Source: Heptranchias perlo
Taxonomy: Eukaryota
Assembly: GCF_035084215.1 (NCBI RefSeq)
Contig: NC_090334.1
Span: 62,992,001-63,056,000 of the forward strand
Reading direction: 5' to 3'
Length of the DNA stretch: 64,000 nucleotides
Both the position numbers and the translations under genes were made by a program. The first letter of the stretch is position 1, and every line of letters starts with the position of its first letter. Below are positions 51,935 to 63,205 of this stretch, piece by piece. A model generated the notes under the pieces. That model did not search any database and was not told the DNA's origin. It saw only the letters and a list, made by a program, of their open reading frames with translations.

Positions 51935-53129
51935 TTAAAATAAAATTGCTGGACTATAACTTGGTGTTGTAAAATTGTTTACAATTATCTTTGTGTCATC
52001 AGCAAATAAGCTTCATTCCTTTAAATGCTTAATTTTATTTTCGAGACACAAAGTCATAATAGTTATTGAACTTTAACATTAATTCCCTTAAGATATTTAG
52101 AAGGGCAGCAGCAGATCTGGGATGTACTATTAAACAGAGCAAACAGAAACCAGGTGCTCCCCCACAGGGAGAGATGTACGGGGGGCGGGGGGATGTAATC
52201 ACTCAAAGCTGCTCATGTGTCTTGAAACAGTTACAAAGCACGATTGACAGAAACCTCGAAGCATGGGTTCGAAGCTCCTGGAAAAGAGAACACAACATCA
52301 AGATCAATGTGAAAAATGTAAATAAATAGGAATCCAACCCTAATTGTAAACAGGCCGACTACAGAATATTTATAAGGTGGGGGGGATGCGGAAGAAAAAG
52401 GGGCTTCCAAATAATTAGTCTTGTTGTCCTGATCAATGATTAAAAGGGCTAATGGAAAATTCAGGACTAGTATTCAATGGACAACTTCAAAAGGCTTTAA
52501 CAGCAATCACAACAGCCAACATGGCAAAGCCTGATAATTTTGTTTAAATTAACTAAGACATTTCAAGTATTGCAAATATGTCAACAGTCTTTAGTAGAGC
52601 AACTCATGTTCCCCATTTGGGCACCAAATTGTATATTTTAGAAGTTTTAATTTTTTTCCCCCCAGAATATACACTTGAAAAATATTTCAAATCAGTGCGA
52701 TTATAAACTGGTGAATATGGCTACAAGGCTTTCCTTAAGGCGAATCCCTCAGAGGATTTTTTTAAAAATGGCTGTTAATGTTACAATCCCATTTTAGTAA
52801 GTGCATACTGACAAGCCCCACAAGGACATTTCAAGTGTTGTGGAGTAGTTGCAGACCCTTTTATTAGAACATGTCCAACTCTAACCTCAACCATTACCCC
52901 TAACTCCTATACCCTAATCCCAATCTCAAACCACTAAATCACGCAGCGTCAATAGTGTGATACGGAGCTGCCTGCAATAATGCAGGTTGACCATGTTGTC
53001 AATAGCCACTCCGCATTTATTAAAAAAACACTCCTCTGCTTCTCTTCGCCATTATACCACACATCATCTTTCTCTTCTCTTCCCTATCCTGGCCAACATA
53101 TATCTCTTCTGTTTTCTTCTTTCTTAGGG

Positions 53130-56100
53130 CTGTGTGCTAAGTAACTTATAGCATAAAACTATTTTTTAAAAAAACTAAACTTAATTTAATAAAATTAAAC
53201 AAGGCCAGTACTTGGTTCAACCTAAAAATAATTTGATTGGCATTGTAGTTAATCAATTAAATAAATAAAATAGTTATGACAGGGCAGATGTGTTGCAGCT
53301 GCAATAGGTGGGAGCTACTGGACAGTTTTGTCCAGGGCGACTACATCTGCGGTAAGTGTCTGCAGCTCGAGGAACTTCGGCTCCGAGTTGAGGAGCTGGA
53401 GTCCAAGCTGCAGACATTGCGATGCATCGGGGTGGGAGAAAGTTACCTGGACACTTTGATCCAAGAGGCAGTCACACCCCTTAGACTAAATACTGTAGAC
53501 TTGGCACGTGGTCAGAGACAGGAGGGTGTAACTGCGAGTGAGTTAGGTACAGGGATCCAGGACGTAGCATTGCAGGAGCTTCAGCCTCTGCACTTGTCCA
53601 ATAGATACGAGGTTCTTGCAGCCCTTGTGGACGAGTGCAGGGACTGCAGGGAGGATGAGCAAACTAGCCACGGCAACGTGGTTCAGGGGGCCATTCAAGG
53701 CAGGGGGGGGGGGGGGGGGGGGAGGGGAGTAAAAAGGAATGTAGTTGTAGTAGGCGGCAGTATAGTTAGAGGGATAGACACTGTTCTCTGCAGCCAAGAG
53801 CTGGAGAGAAACTTGGAGGGGGGGAGGATCCAGTTGTCGTGGTCCACGTAGGTACCAATGACATAGGTAGGACTAAGAAAGAGGTTCTGCTGAGGGAGTT
53901 TGAGCAGCTAGGGACTAAATTAAAAAGCAGAACCACAAAGATGATAATCTCCAGATTATTATCCGAGCCACAAGCAAATTGGCACAGGGTAAATCAGATC
54001 AGAGAGATGAATGCGTGGCTCAAAGACTGGTGTGGGAGAATTGGATTTCGATTCATGGGGCACTAGCACCAGTACTGGGGAAAGAGGGAGCTGTTCCATT
54101 GGGACGGGCTTCACCTGAACCATGCTGGGACCAGTGTTCTGGCAAACCGAATAACTAGGGCGGTAGAGAAGGCTTTAAACTAAATAGAGGGGGGAAAGCT
54201 CAGGTGGGGCGAAGTTTAGATTGATAAAGAAAAAGGACAAGGAAAGCGATGGGGGTAATGATAAACAGAGTGTGTCAGGAAGAGACAGAGCGTACAAACA
54301 TAAGAGTGCACTAGCAAATGGGGCCGGGGTAGGAAAGAATGATAAAGAGACAAAATTAAAGGTTCTTTATCTGAATGCACGCAGCATTCGTAAGATAGAT
54401 GAATTGACAAATAGAAACAAATGGGTATGATCTCGTGGCCATTACAGAGACGTGGTTGCAAGATGACCAAGATTGGGAGCTAAATATTCAGGATTACTTA
54501 ACATTTCGGAAGGATAGAAAAAAAGGTAAAGGTGGTGGGGTAGCTCTGTTAATAAAGGATGAAATTGGTATAATAGTGAGAAATGATCTTGGCTCAGAAG
54601 ATCAAGATGTCGAATCAATTTGGGTGGAGGAAAGAAATAGAAAGGGAAAGAAATCACTGGTGGGAGTTGTATATAGGCCCCCTAACAGTAGCTACACTAG
54701 TAGGGCAAAATATAAATCAGGAAATAAGGGGGGCTTGTAATAAAGGTAATGCAATAACCATGGGCGATTTTAACTTTCACATAGATTAGACAAATCAAAT
54801 TGGCAAAAATAGCCCCGAGGAGGAGTTCATTGAGTGTTTTATGGACTGTTTCTTAGACCAATATGTCAGGGAACCAACCAGGGAACAGGCCATTTTGGAT
54901 CTGGTAATGGGTAATGTAACAGGATTAATTAATGATCTCAAACCTAAAGGATCCCTTGGGAAGTAGTGATCATAACATGATGAATTTCACATCCAGTTTG
55001 AGAGCGAGGATCTTGGGTCTGAAACTACTGTATTAAACTTAAATAAGGGCAATTATAAAGGAATGAGGGCGGAATTGGCTAAAGTGGACTGGGTAAACAG
55101 ATTAGATGGTATGATGGTGGATAAGCAGTGGTAAACATTTAAAAAGATATTTTACGACTCGCAACAAAAATATATCCGTGAGGAGGAAAAACTCCACAAA
55201 AAGGGTGAACCAATCATGGCTAACTAAGGAAGTCAAGAATGGTATCAGGTTAAAAGAAAAAGCATACAACATGGCAAAGATTACTGGTAAGCCCAAAGAT
55301 TGGGAAAACTTTAAAAACCAGCAAAGGATGACAAAGAATAATAAAGAGGGAGAAAATAAATTATGAGAGCAAACTAGCAAGAAATATAAAAACTGACAGT
55401 AAAAGCTTCTACAAGTATATAAAAAGGAAGAGGGTAGCTAAAGTAAACATTGGTCCCTTAGAGGATGAGACTGGGGAAATAATAATGGAAAACAAGGAAA
55501 TGGCAGAGAAATTGAACAGATATTTTGTATCTGTCTTCACAGTAGAAGACACTAATAACATACCAATAATAGTAGAAAATCAAGGGGCAAAGGGGAGGGA
55601 GGAACTAAAAACAAACAATCACTGTCACTAGAGAAAAAGTACTAGGTAAACTAATGGGTCTAAAGGCTGACAAGTCCCCTGGACCTGATGGTTTGCATCA
55701 GAGGGTCTTAAAGGAAGTGGCTACAGAGATAGTGGATGCATTGGTTGTAATCTTCCAGAATTCACTAATTCTGGAAAGGTCCCAGTGGATTGGAAAACCA
55801 CAAACGTAACACCCCTATTCAAGAAGGGAGTGAGACGGAAAGCAGGTAACTATAGACCAGTTAGCCTAACATCTGTCATTGGGAAAATGCTAGAATCCAT
55901 TATAAAGGAAGTAGTAGCAGGACATTTGGAGACTCATAATAAAACCATGTTGACTCTCCTTGATTGTCCGAAGGGGAAATCATGTCTGACAAATTTATTA
56001 GAGTTCTTTGAGGAACTAGCTGGCAGGGTGGATAAAGGGGAACCAATGGATGCAGTATATTTGGATTTCCAAAAGGCATTCGATAAGGTGCCACAGAAAA

Positions 56101-57243
56101 GATTACTGCACAAGATAAGAGCTCATGGTGTTGGGGGTAATATACTGGCATGGATAGAGGGTTGGCTAACTAACAGAAAACAAAGAGTCGGGATAAAAGG
56201 GTCATTTTCAAAATGGCAATCTGTAACTAGTGGGGTGCCACAGGGATCAGTGCTGGGGCCTCAACTATTTACAATATATATCAATGACTTGGATGAAGGA
56301 ACAGATTGTTTTGTGGCCAAATTTGCTGATGATACAAAGATAGGTGGAAAAGCAAGTTGCAATGAGCACACAAAGTGTCTTCAAAGGGATATTGACAGGT
56401 TAAGCGAATGGGCAAAAATTTGGCAGATGGAATATAATGTGGGAAAATGTGAAGTCATCCACTTTGGGAGGAAAAATAAACAAACAAAATATTATTTGAA
56501 TGGAGAAATACTACAAAATGCTGCGGTACAGAGGGATCTGTGTCCTCGTACATGAAACACAAAAAGTCAACATGCAGGTGCAGCAGGTAATCCGGAAGGC
56601 AAACGGAATATTGGCCTTTATTTCTAGGGGGATGGAGTATAAAAGCAGGGAAGTCATGCTACAACTGCACAGGGTGCTGGTGAGACCACACCTGGAGTAC
56701 TGCATACAGTTCTGGTGCCCTTACTTAAGGAAGGACGTACTTGCATTGGAGGCAGTTCAGAGAAGGTTCACTCGGTTGATTCCAGGTATGGAAGGGTTGT
56801 CTTATGAGGAAAGATTGAACAGGTTGGGTCTATACTCATTGGAGTTTAGAAGAATGAGAGACCTTATTGAAACATACAAGATTCTGAGGGGACTCGATAG
56901 GGCAGATGCTGAGAGGATGTCATGGGGGAATCTAAAACTATGGGGCATAGTCTCAGAACAAGGGGTCACCCGTTTAAGACGGAAATGAGGAGGAATTTCT
57001 TCTCCCAGAGGGTCGTGAATCTTTGGAAATCTTTACCCCAAAAAGCTGTGGAGGCTGAGTCACTGAATACATTAAAGGCTGAGTTAGACACATTTTTGAT
57101 CAGCAAGGGAGTCAAAAGATATGGGGAAAAGGTGGGAAAGTGGAGTTGAGGTAAAAATCAGATCAGCCATGATCTTTTTGAATGGCGGAGCAGGCTCTAG
57201 GGGCCGAATGGCCTATTCCTGCTCCTATCTCTTATGGTCTTAT
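53130..57243 (+). mobile_element. Near-full-length CR1 LINE (ORF1 zinc finger/coiled coil/SGNH esterase; ORF2 APE + RT), frameshifted
   Basis: ORF1 from 53276: CCSC..W...C.KC, LEELRLRVEELE, VVVGGSIVR, VHVGTNDIG, DGLHLN. ORF2: LYLNARSIR, AITETWL, VVYRPP, GDFN, YLDFQKAFDKVP, GVPQGSVLGP, FADDTK, FFSQRVVNLW. CR1 tail at ~57225-57243. Multiple stops and frameshifts. Confidence 0.93.
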
Positions 57244-57649
57244 TTGCGAGGATACATGCGGGAGAAAGGAATTGAAGGCTATGCTGATAGGGTGAGATGA
57301 AGAGGGGTGGGAGGAGACTTGTGTGGAGCATAAATAAGATGGGCCGAATGGCCTGTTTCTGTACATTTTATGTAGTACCGAAGCTTCACATTACATTCCT
57401 GATCCTCCAGCCCAGGCCAGATTGACCCCTCACTCAATCCACCACAAAAAACACCCATCAAGCACCACCAGAAAACTGGTCCTGTAAACCCTAGCGGGTT
57501 GCCTCCACCCACTACTGAAAGGGGTGAAACAAAAGAGAGAAGCAGCGATACCAAGATGAGTTAAGTAGTAAAGTTTACAAGCTGACTTACTGGTTTCATA
57601 ATTAATAAACACCCTCATATAGATGGGCTCGAATAGTCCACTGTTCCAT

Positions 57650-58110
57650 TGGGGATCTGGGGTGGAGAGTGTTGCGCGGAGCAGTCGCGACCAACAAGCA
57701 TTTACGCCATTTCACGGACTCCCAGGCCGCCTGCAATTTCTGCGGCCTGGATGAGTCAGTGTTTCATTTATTCACAGGGTGTGGGAGGCTGCAGCCCCTG
57801 TTAGATTATTTAAGGCTGGCTGCACTTCAGTCCCACCCTTCTGATCTTTGGCCACCTGGTGAGGAGGGGTGGGGGCAGGTCAGTGGACATCCTCGTGGGC
57901 CTGTCCAAGATGGCAATCCACAGGTCCAGGTTAGACGTGGCCCGTGGTGGGGGGGGGGGGGGGGGCGGTGGTTGCTCCGACTGCCTGCCTCTCTTCCGCG
58001 GCATTCTCCGCACCCGGGTGGCCCTGGAGCGGTGTCCGCCGGTACGCTTGAGGCTTTCCGCGACCGGTGGGCACCAGGGGCTGGAGTGCATCCTGGACCA
58101 ATATAATAAA
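57650..58110 (+). mobile_element. Tx1/L1-clade LINE 3' fragment (zf-RVT)
   Basis: LRGAVATNKHLRHF...ACNFCGLDESVFHLFTGC.RL.PL is a CxxC-x7-H-x4-C zinc finger typical of the Tx1/L1 ORF2 C-terminus. Confidence 0.75.
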
Positions 58111-58277
58111 ATTATAATTTGACACTTATTTTGGTTTACTGCACATGAACACACCCTAACCCCCCTAAAAAGAAAAAAAACCCAAGAATCAAACTGACTG
58201 CACGTCCAAAAAGAAAAGAAAATAGTCCACGGTTTCTTTCACACGCATAGGCACAGCTTCCCCCCAGCACGGGGTCC

Positions 58278-58356
58278 AGCACTTTGCAGCGACCCTCCCT
58301 CCCTCCCTCCTCCAGTGGGGGCTCTAGCACTTTGCAGCGACCCTCCCTCCCTCCCC
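58278..58356. repeat. Direct duplication of ~30 bp (AGCACTTTGCAGCGACCCTCCCTCCCTCCC)
   Basis: Two copies at ~58278 and ~58326, next to the GON7 exon 1 donor. Confidence 0.85.
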
Positions 58357-58364
58357 GGGCTCAC

Positions 58365-58575
58365 CGCTGCTGGAGCTCGGCCTCCCACCGCACGGCGCCT
58401 GCATTCGTTTCTCCTCCAGGACGAGTTCGCTCAGCGCGCCGCTCACTTGCTCCTGGAGGCGCCGCACGCCGCCGAGAATCCCCTTGATGCTGTTCTGAGA
58501 GCGAACGGCGAAGTGTCGGCGCTCGCCGCTCCGGTAACTCAGCTCCCCGCAGACCTCACACTCCGACTCCGCCAT
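58365..58575 (-). CDS. GON7: GON7 (KEOPS/EKC subunit, C14orf142) exon 1
   Basis: MAESECEVCGELSYRSGERRHFAVRSQNSIKGILGGVRRLQEQVSGALSELV... aligns with human ELLGEYVGQEG...FQGLLSGVAQMKDMVTELFDPLV. Donor GCG|GTGAGC. Head-to-head with UBR7 as in human. Confidence 0.85.
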
Positions 58576-58830
58576 CACAGCAGCGGGAGCCGCCCCACCA
58601 CCACCACCTCCGCACTTTGACCCAGGCGCCTGCCTCTCTCTTTTAATAAAAAACCCAGCAGCTTAAATTAACGTAACAATAAGACCTCCGCCAAAAGTTA
58701 GCGGCTGCACCCAGCGCCGCTCTGAATAACTTTACCACATGCACTTCATTTAAAATAGTGCAGGAGGAGGAGGAGGGGGAAATTGCAGTTTTAAATAGCC
58801 CCCAACCCGGAAGTCTTTGCACATTTCGAG
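58576..58830. promoter_or_regulatory. Bidirectional GON7/UBR7 promoter region
   Basis: 255 bp between divergent ATGs. ETS/GABP-type CCGGAAGT at 58807-58814. Both start codons lie in GATGGCGG (YY1-like) motifs. Confidence 0.75.
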
Positions 58831-58980
58831 ATGGCGGCAAATGAAGGGACTCACAAGCGGCCGCTGGAGGAGGATCCGATCGTGTCTTTAGCCGATGTTT
58901 TGGAAGAGAACGAGGAGTTGGAGAACGAAGCCTGCGCGGTTTTAGGCGGCAGCGACTCCGATAAATGTTCTTACTCGAAC
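58831..58980 (+). CDS. UBR7: UBR7 exon 1
   Basis: MAANEG...VSLADVLEENEELENEACAVLGGSDSDKCSYSN|gtgagt, 150 bp; matches human VSLVDVLEEDEELENEACAVLGGSDSEKCSYSQ. Confidence 0.96.
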
Positions 58981-59626
58981 GTGAGTTTGGGGGAATGTTT
59001 CCCCTCCCGTGGGTATGGTCGGCTCCTTGAAGTTGCGTAGATTTTTAAAACAAACAAAACCCATCGCGGAGCTGAACCGGGCTCGGCATCGGGGAAAGGA
59101 GAAACAACGGGAATTCGCAGCACAAAATAAACAAAACCGGTTATTGTGGATCGTTTGATCCCACCCATTAAAAAAAACCGCAGCAAGGCGGGAGCGATTC
59201 GATTGAACTGACCAGTTCCAGACGGGCTGAGCACATTTAATATCAATCAATACATTTATATAACAAGAAACCCGCACCTTTAATTCATTTTTTTTGGCAG
59301 TAGTTAGTGTTTCCATTCTTGGCTTGGGGATAAAAGGTTTATTCTTGATCGGGACTGATCCCTCTAGATGAGGGAGGGGGAGACTTTTGTTTGCAAGAAA
59401 GCAGCTGGGCTCCATCACCCGCGTTGATTACATGTAAATATCAATTTCCCCCCCGAACTACTCGAGCGTGTTACCCGCGTCCGTCTGGCGCCATTTTTAC
59501 GTAATATGTTCCGGCTGTTGTGATTGACCCGAGAAGAATCGTGGCGTTCTCTTTTGGAATGTTGATAATTGTGCCCGGAGAGCGCGGCATCTGACCCGGG
59601 GACCGGGGGTCCAGGACCCGGGGAGA

Positions 59627-60465
59627 CCCCGTGCACTCTGCGGGGGGGGGGGGTCCCCCCGTGCACTCTGCGGGGGGGGGGTCCCCCCGTGCACTCTGCG
59701 GGGGGGGGGGGTCCCCCCGTGCACTCTGCGGGGGGGGGGGGTCCCCCGTGCACTCTGCGGGGGGGGGGGGGGTCCCCCGTGCACTCTGCGGGGGGGGGGG
59801 GGGTCCCCCGTGCACTCTGCGGGGGGGGGGGGGGTCCCCCGTGCACTCTGCGGGGGGGGGGGGGGTCCCCCCGTGCACTCTGCGGGGGGGGGGGGGTCCC
59901 CCCGTGCACTCTGCGGGGGGGGGGGGGTCCCCCCGTGCACTCTGCCCCCGTGCCCCCGTGCACTCTGCGGGGGGGTCCCCCCGTGCACTCTGCGGGGGGG
60001 TCCCCCCGTGCACTCTGCGGGGGGGTCCCCCCGTGCACTCTGCGGGGGGGGGGGGGGGTCCCCCCGTGCACTCTGCGGGGGGGGGGGGGGGGTCCCCCCG
60101 TGCACTCTGCGGGGGGGGGGGTCCCCCCGTGCACTCTGCGGGGGGGGTCCCCCCGTGCACTCTGCGGGGGGGGTCCCCCCGTGCACTCTGCGGGGGGGGT
60201 CCCCCCGTGCACTCTGCGGGGGGGGTCCCCCCGTGCACTCTGCGGGGGGGGTCCCCCCGTGCACTCTGCGGGGGGGGTCCCCCCGTGCACTCTGCGGGGG
60301 GGGTCCCCCCGTGCACTCTGCGGGGGGGGTCCCCCCGTGCACTCTGCGGGGGGGGTCCCCCCGTGCACTCTGCGGGGGGGGTCCCCCCGTGCACTCTGCG
60401 GGGGGGGTCCCCCCGTGCACTCTGCGGGGGGGGTCCCCCCGTGCACTCTGCGGGGGGGGGGGGGG
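59627..60465. repeat. G/C-rich minisatellite, 30 units of C5-6-GTGCACTCTGC-G7-16-T (about 25-33 bp)
   Basis: 30 occurrences of GTGCACTCTG counted by eye; length variation is almost confined to the G and C runs. Confidence 0.95.
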
Positions 60466-62066
60466 CTCCCTGTTCTATGCTCCATCAAAACCCCTCATTA
60501 TTTTGAATACCTCTATTAGGTCTTCCCTTAACCTGCTCTAATCAGAACAATCCCAGCTTCTCCAATCTCTCCACATAACTGAACATACTCCATCAGCCAA
60601 ACACTTCCACATCCCCTCGAGCACATTTTCCAGCAGGAGTCATTGGACAATAATCTCTTCCCTAGTCCAATCCACTGAGTCCCAATTATAGCCCCGGTAT
60701 TACGGCCCTGAATGAGACCGATGTCTGTTAATAACCTACCACACTCACTGTCAGCGTTCACACATTAATAATTGCTGCTTGGGGTGAAGTATCTTTGGCA
60801 CCCAGCACTGATGGAAAGCATCCTGCCATGGAGTCAACTCCTTCAGGAGAGGAGGGATGGAGAGAAAACTGGCCAGAAGAAAAGATCACTGCCCAGGACC
60901 TCAACTGTGGAACTCCTCGGTTCCCAGTCCCTCAATTACCATCTTCTCCTCCAATATTCAGGGTTTTAAAACACAAGCTTAGTGACACTAATCATTACTT
61001 CCTCATTTATCTCATGTTCTCCAATGGTTTCTGCACTGTGGGCCTTAACCTTTTACACTGGGTTTCTCAATTAATAGAATAAAACATGTGCTTCCACTTT
61101 ACTGGCCGACTATCTGTTTACTAACACCCAGCTTGAGTTTAAATTCGACTGCTCACACGTACCTTTGCTCAATCAACAAGCTGTACCCCAACATGCTTGT
61201 ACTCTGACACGATGCATCACGTGACTGATTGCATCTGCCCATTTCCTGAAGACTGCTACTATCCTTCTCACTATTTACTAAGTTGAGAGGTATACTCTGC
61301 AGATGCCCCAGCAGAGCATCCACCCATGGATGCAGACACTATACAAAGATGCTGCAGTGATCCTAGTACTCTCCTTCAGCTGCCACCTGGGGAGGAGGGG
61401 CACATGTCTGTATTTGTTGAGTTACTAGCATGATATTTCTGTTGCATACAATAAAAATGTTTTCTGCAGTTGTAGGAAAGAAAGAAACCACTTGCATCTG
61501 TATAGCACTGTGCTATTTTCCATTAGGTAGTTAGCAATGTCTTTCAGAAGCTGGGATCAGGTCCTCATGAGTGTGTTACTATTTGTAGGAGTATGTCAGT
61601 ATTTGTATGGAATCTCTCACATATAGAAAAAAAATGGAAAACCACTACCCTTTAGCGATTCTGTGCAGATATCCCATTGCACCTCGTATAGGCTAGGAAG
61701 CTCCTGACTTCAATCCTTGGGCTTTAAGTTGGGTGAGCAATTAGCTCCTTGTCCAAAATCAGCTGTCTTGGCACAGACCTGGAATCAAACCTGTAACCTT
61801 CTAGTCTGTGTGGTTCAGTAGCGCATCAGGTGGCTTGATAGGTGGTGCTACAGTACAGGATTCTTGCTTTTAATCTCCATGCTTGACTGACTTTCGCACT
61901 TTGGATTGCTCTGAGGTTCAAGCAATCTCACCGTTGACCTCTTGTGGATTTTCTCCAGCAGCTGCTGCATTAATGTTCTATCTTTATTATTAAGAAATGA
62001 TGGACGATGTCACAGCTGCACTTGGTAATCTCTTTCATTCTGACTTTGCTGTCTTCTACTTTGCAG

Positions 62067-62200
62067 GGCTATGTGAAGAGACAGGCATTGTATGCTTGTA
62101 ATACCTGTACACCAAAGGGAGGACAGCCTGCTGGCATCTGTTTAGCTTGTAGCTACAAGTGTCATGAAGGCCATGAGCTGTTTGAATTGTATACTAAAAG
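62067..62200 (+). CDS. UBR7: UBR7 exon 2 (UBR-box zinc finger)
   Basis: ttgcag|GYVKRQALYACNTCTPKGGQPAGICLACSYKCHEGHELFELYTK(R)|gtacgg, 134 bp. Confidence 0.96.
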
Positions 62201-63144
62201 GTACGGTGTTACCCTCTATACCCCTCCGAACTGAAAGCTAAGATACTTAATGAGACAGAAAGTAAACCCAAAACAATATTTAAATACACCAAGGCAAGAA
62301 GGCACAGGCTCAGGGTGGTAAAGGGCAAGTTTAGGACAAGTAGCAAGAAATATTTCTTTACACAGAGGGTGATTAACAACTAGGAAGGTTGGTTGAGACC
62401 AGGATACTGGGCTTATTACTAGCAGTGTTATAGAATGCAGGCATGTCCAGACTGCAGCCTGTGCGCTACCTACAACTGCCGAGCCCTGTTAATCTAACCC
62501 AGGAGTCCCACCCAATGTTGTTCTGTTTGAGCTTATATTATTTGCTGGTTTGTCCTGTTTGGAATTTTGTGGCACTGAAAGTTTGGAAAAAGCTGTTCTT
62601 GGTGCTATTGCCTAATTGGTGGATAAATCCGAAATCAAGAGCTGTTGGTATTAGCAACTTGAGATCTATATAAATGAATGGGAACATTGATTTTAAACTT
62701 TATAGGCAGCCCCTGTGGCATGCAAGTATGTGGCCCACAGAGACAAAGATCTTGGACACCCCTTGCTGTAATGGGAAGATTTGTTCTGGAAGGATGAAAT
62801 CAAATGGATGGAAGGTCTGGGTGAAGAGGGCCCAATGATGTAATGACTAAAACTTGAGGTGAAATCTGTTGCAAATGTTTATGGAAAATTTATGCACCAG
62901 TCTCAGCTTTTTGGCAATAGGCAACAGTGGATATTTGTAATATCCTATAAGAGTTAAATCAGTGGAACTTTTAGCTAAAATCCAGTAATATTTAAACCAC
63001 TGCATGCTTTAGGATGTAAAGAACACATTGTAGCAAAATGCTGACTTCAACAGAGCTGTAGCCAAATAGTAAACCCTAATTTTGGAAGGTAATTTCTATG
63101 GCTAAAGGATGCCAACTAATAGTTACCTACTTGTATTGTTCTAG

Positions 63145-63205
63145 AAACTTTCGTTGTGATTGTGGGAACAGCAAGTTTAATGATCTGCAGTGCAAGTTTT
63201 TCTCG
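63145..63205 (+). CDS. UBR7: UBR7 exon 3
   Basis: ttctag|(R)NFRCDCGNSKFNDLQCKFFS|gtaagt, 61 bp, in phase with exon 2. The gene continues past the window. Confidence 0.93.

Larger units (their letters stand above)
51032..51985. mobile_element. Penelope-like element (5'-truncated, inverted/fold-back structure)
   Basis: 14-bp TSD TATCTTTGTGTCAT (51018-51031 and 51986-51999). Arms 51066-51503 and 51545-51986 are reverse complements. 51503-51643 encodes RDTRQRKIVEQKLIAKFRTHEDGLNRDLGFMSRY..., resembling the GIY-YIG C-terminus (GLN motif) of Penelope-like elements. Confidence 0.88.

Noticed and set aside
55785-56555. 256-aa reverse transcriptase as a stand-alone or retron-like RT system
   Set aside because: It is a frameshift-bounded piece of CR1 ORF2, flanked by APE endonuclease and CR1 C-terminal sequence.
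59627-60465. CRISPR-like array (constant repeat with variable intervals)
   Set aside because: The intervals are only G/C homopolymers rather than unique spacers, there are no cas genes, and the context is vertebrate.
59415-60541. Six long (243-357 aa) Pro/Gly-rich ORFs on both strands
   Set aside because: They arise because the minisatellite lacks stop codons in all frames, and they lie in UBR7 intron 1.
62007-62066. ORF-track N-termini for UBR7 internal exons (62007 and 63098)
   Set aside because: They are translated intron sequence upstream of the true acceptors at 62066 and 63144.
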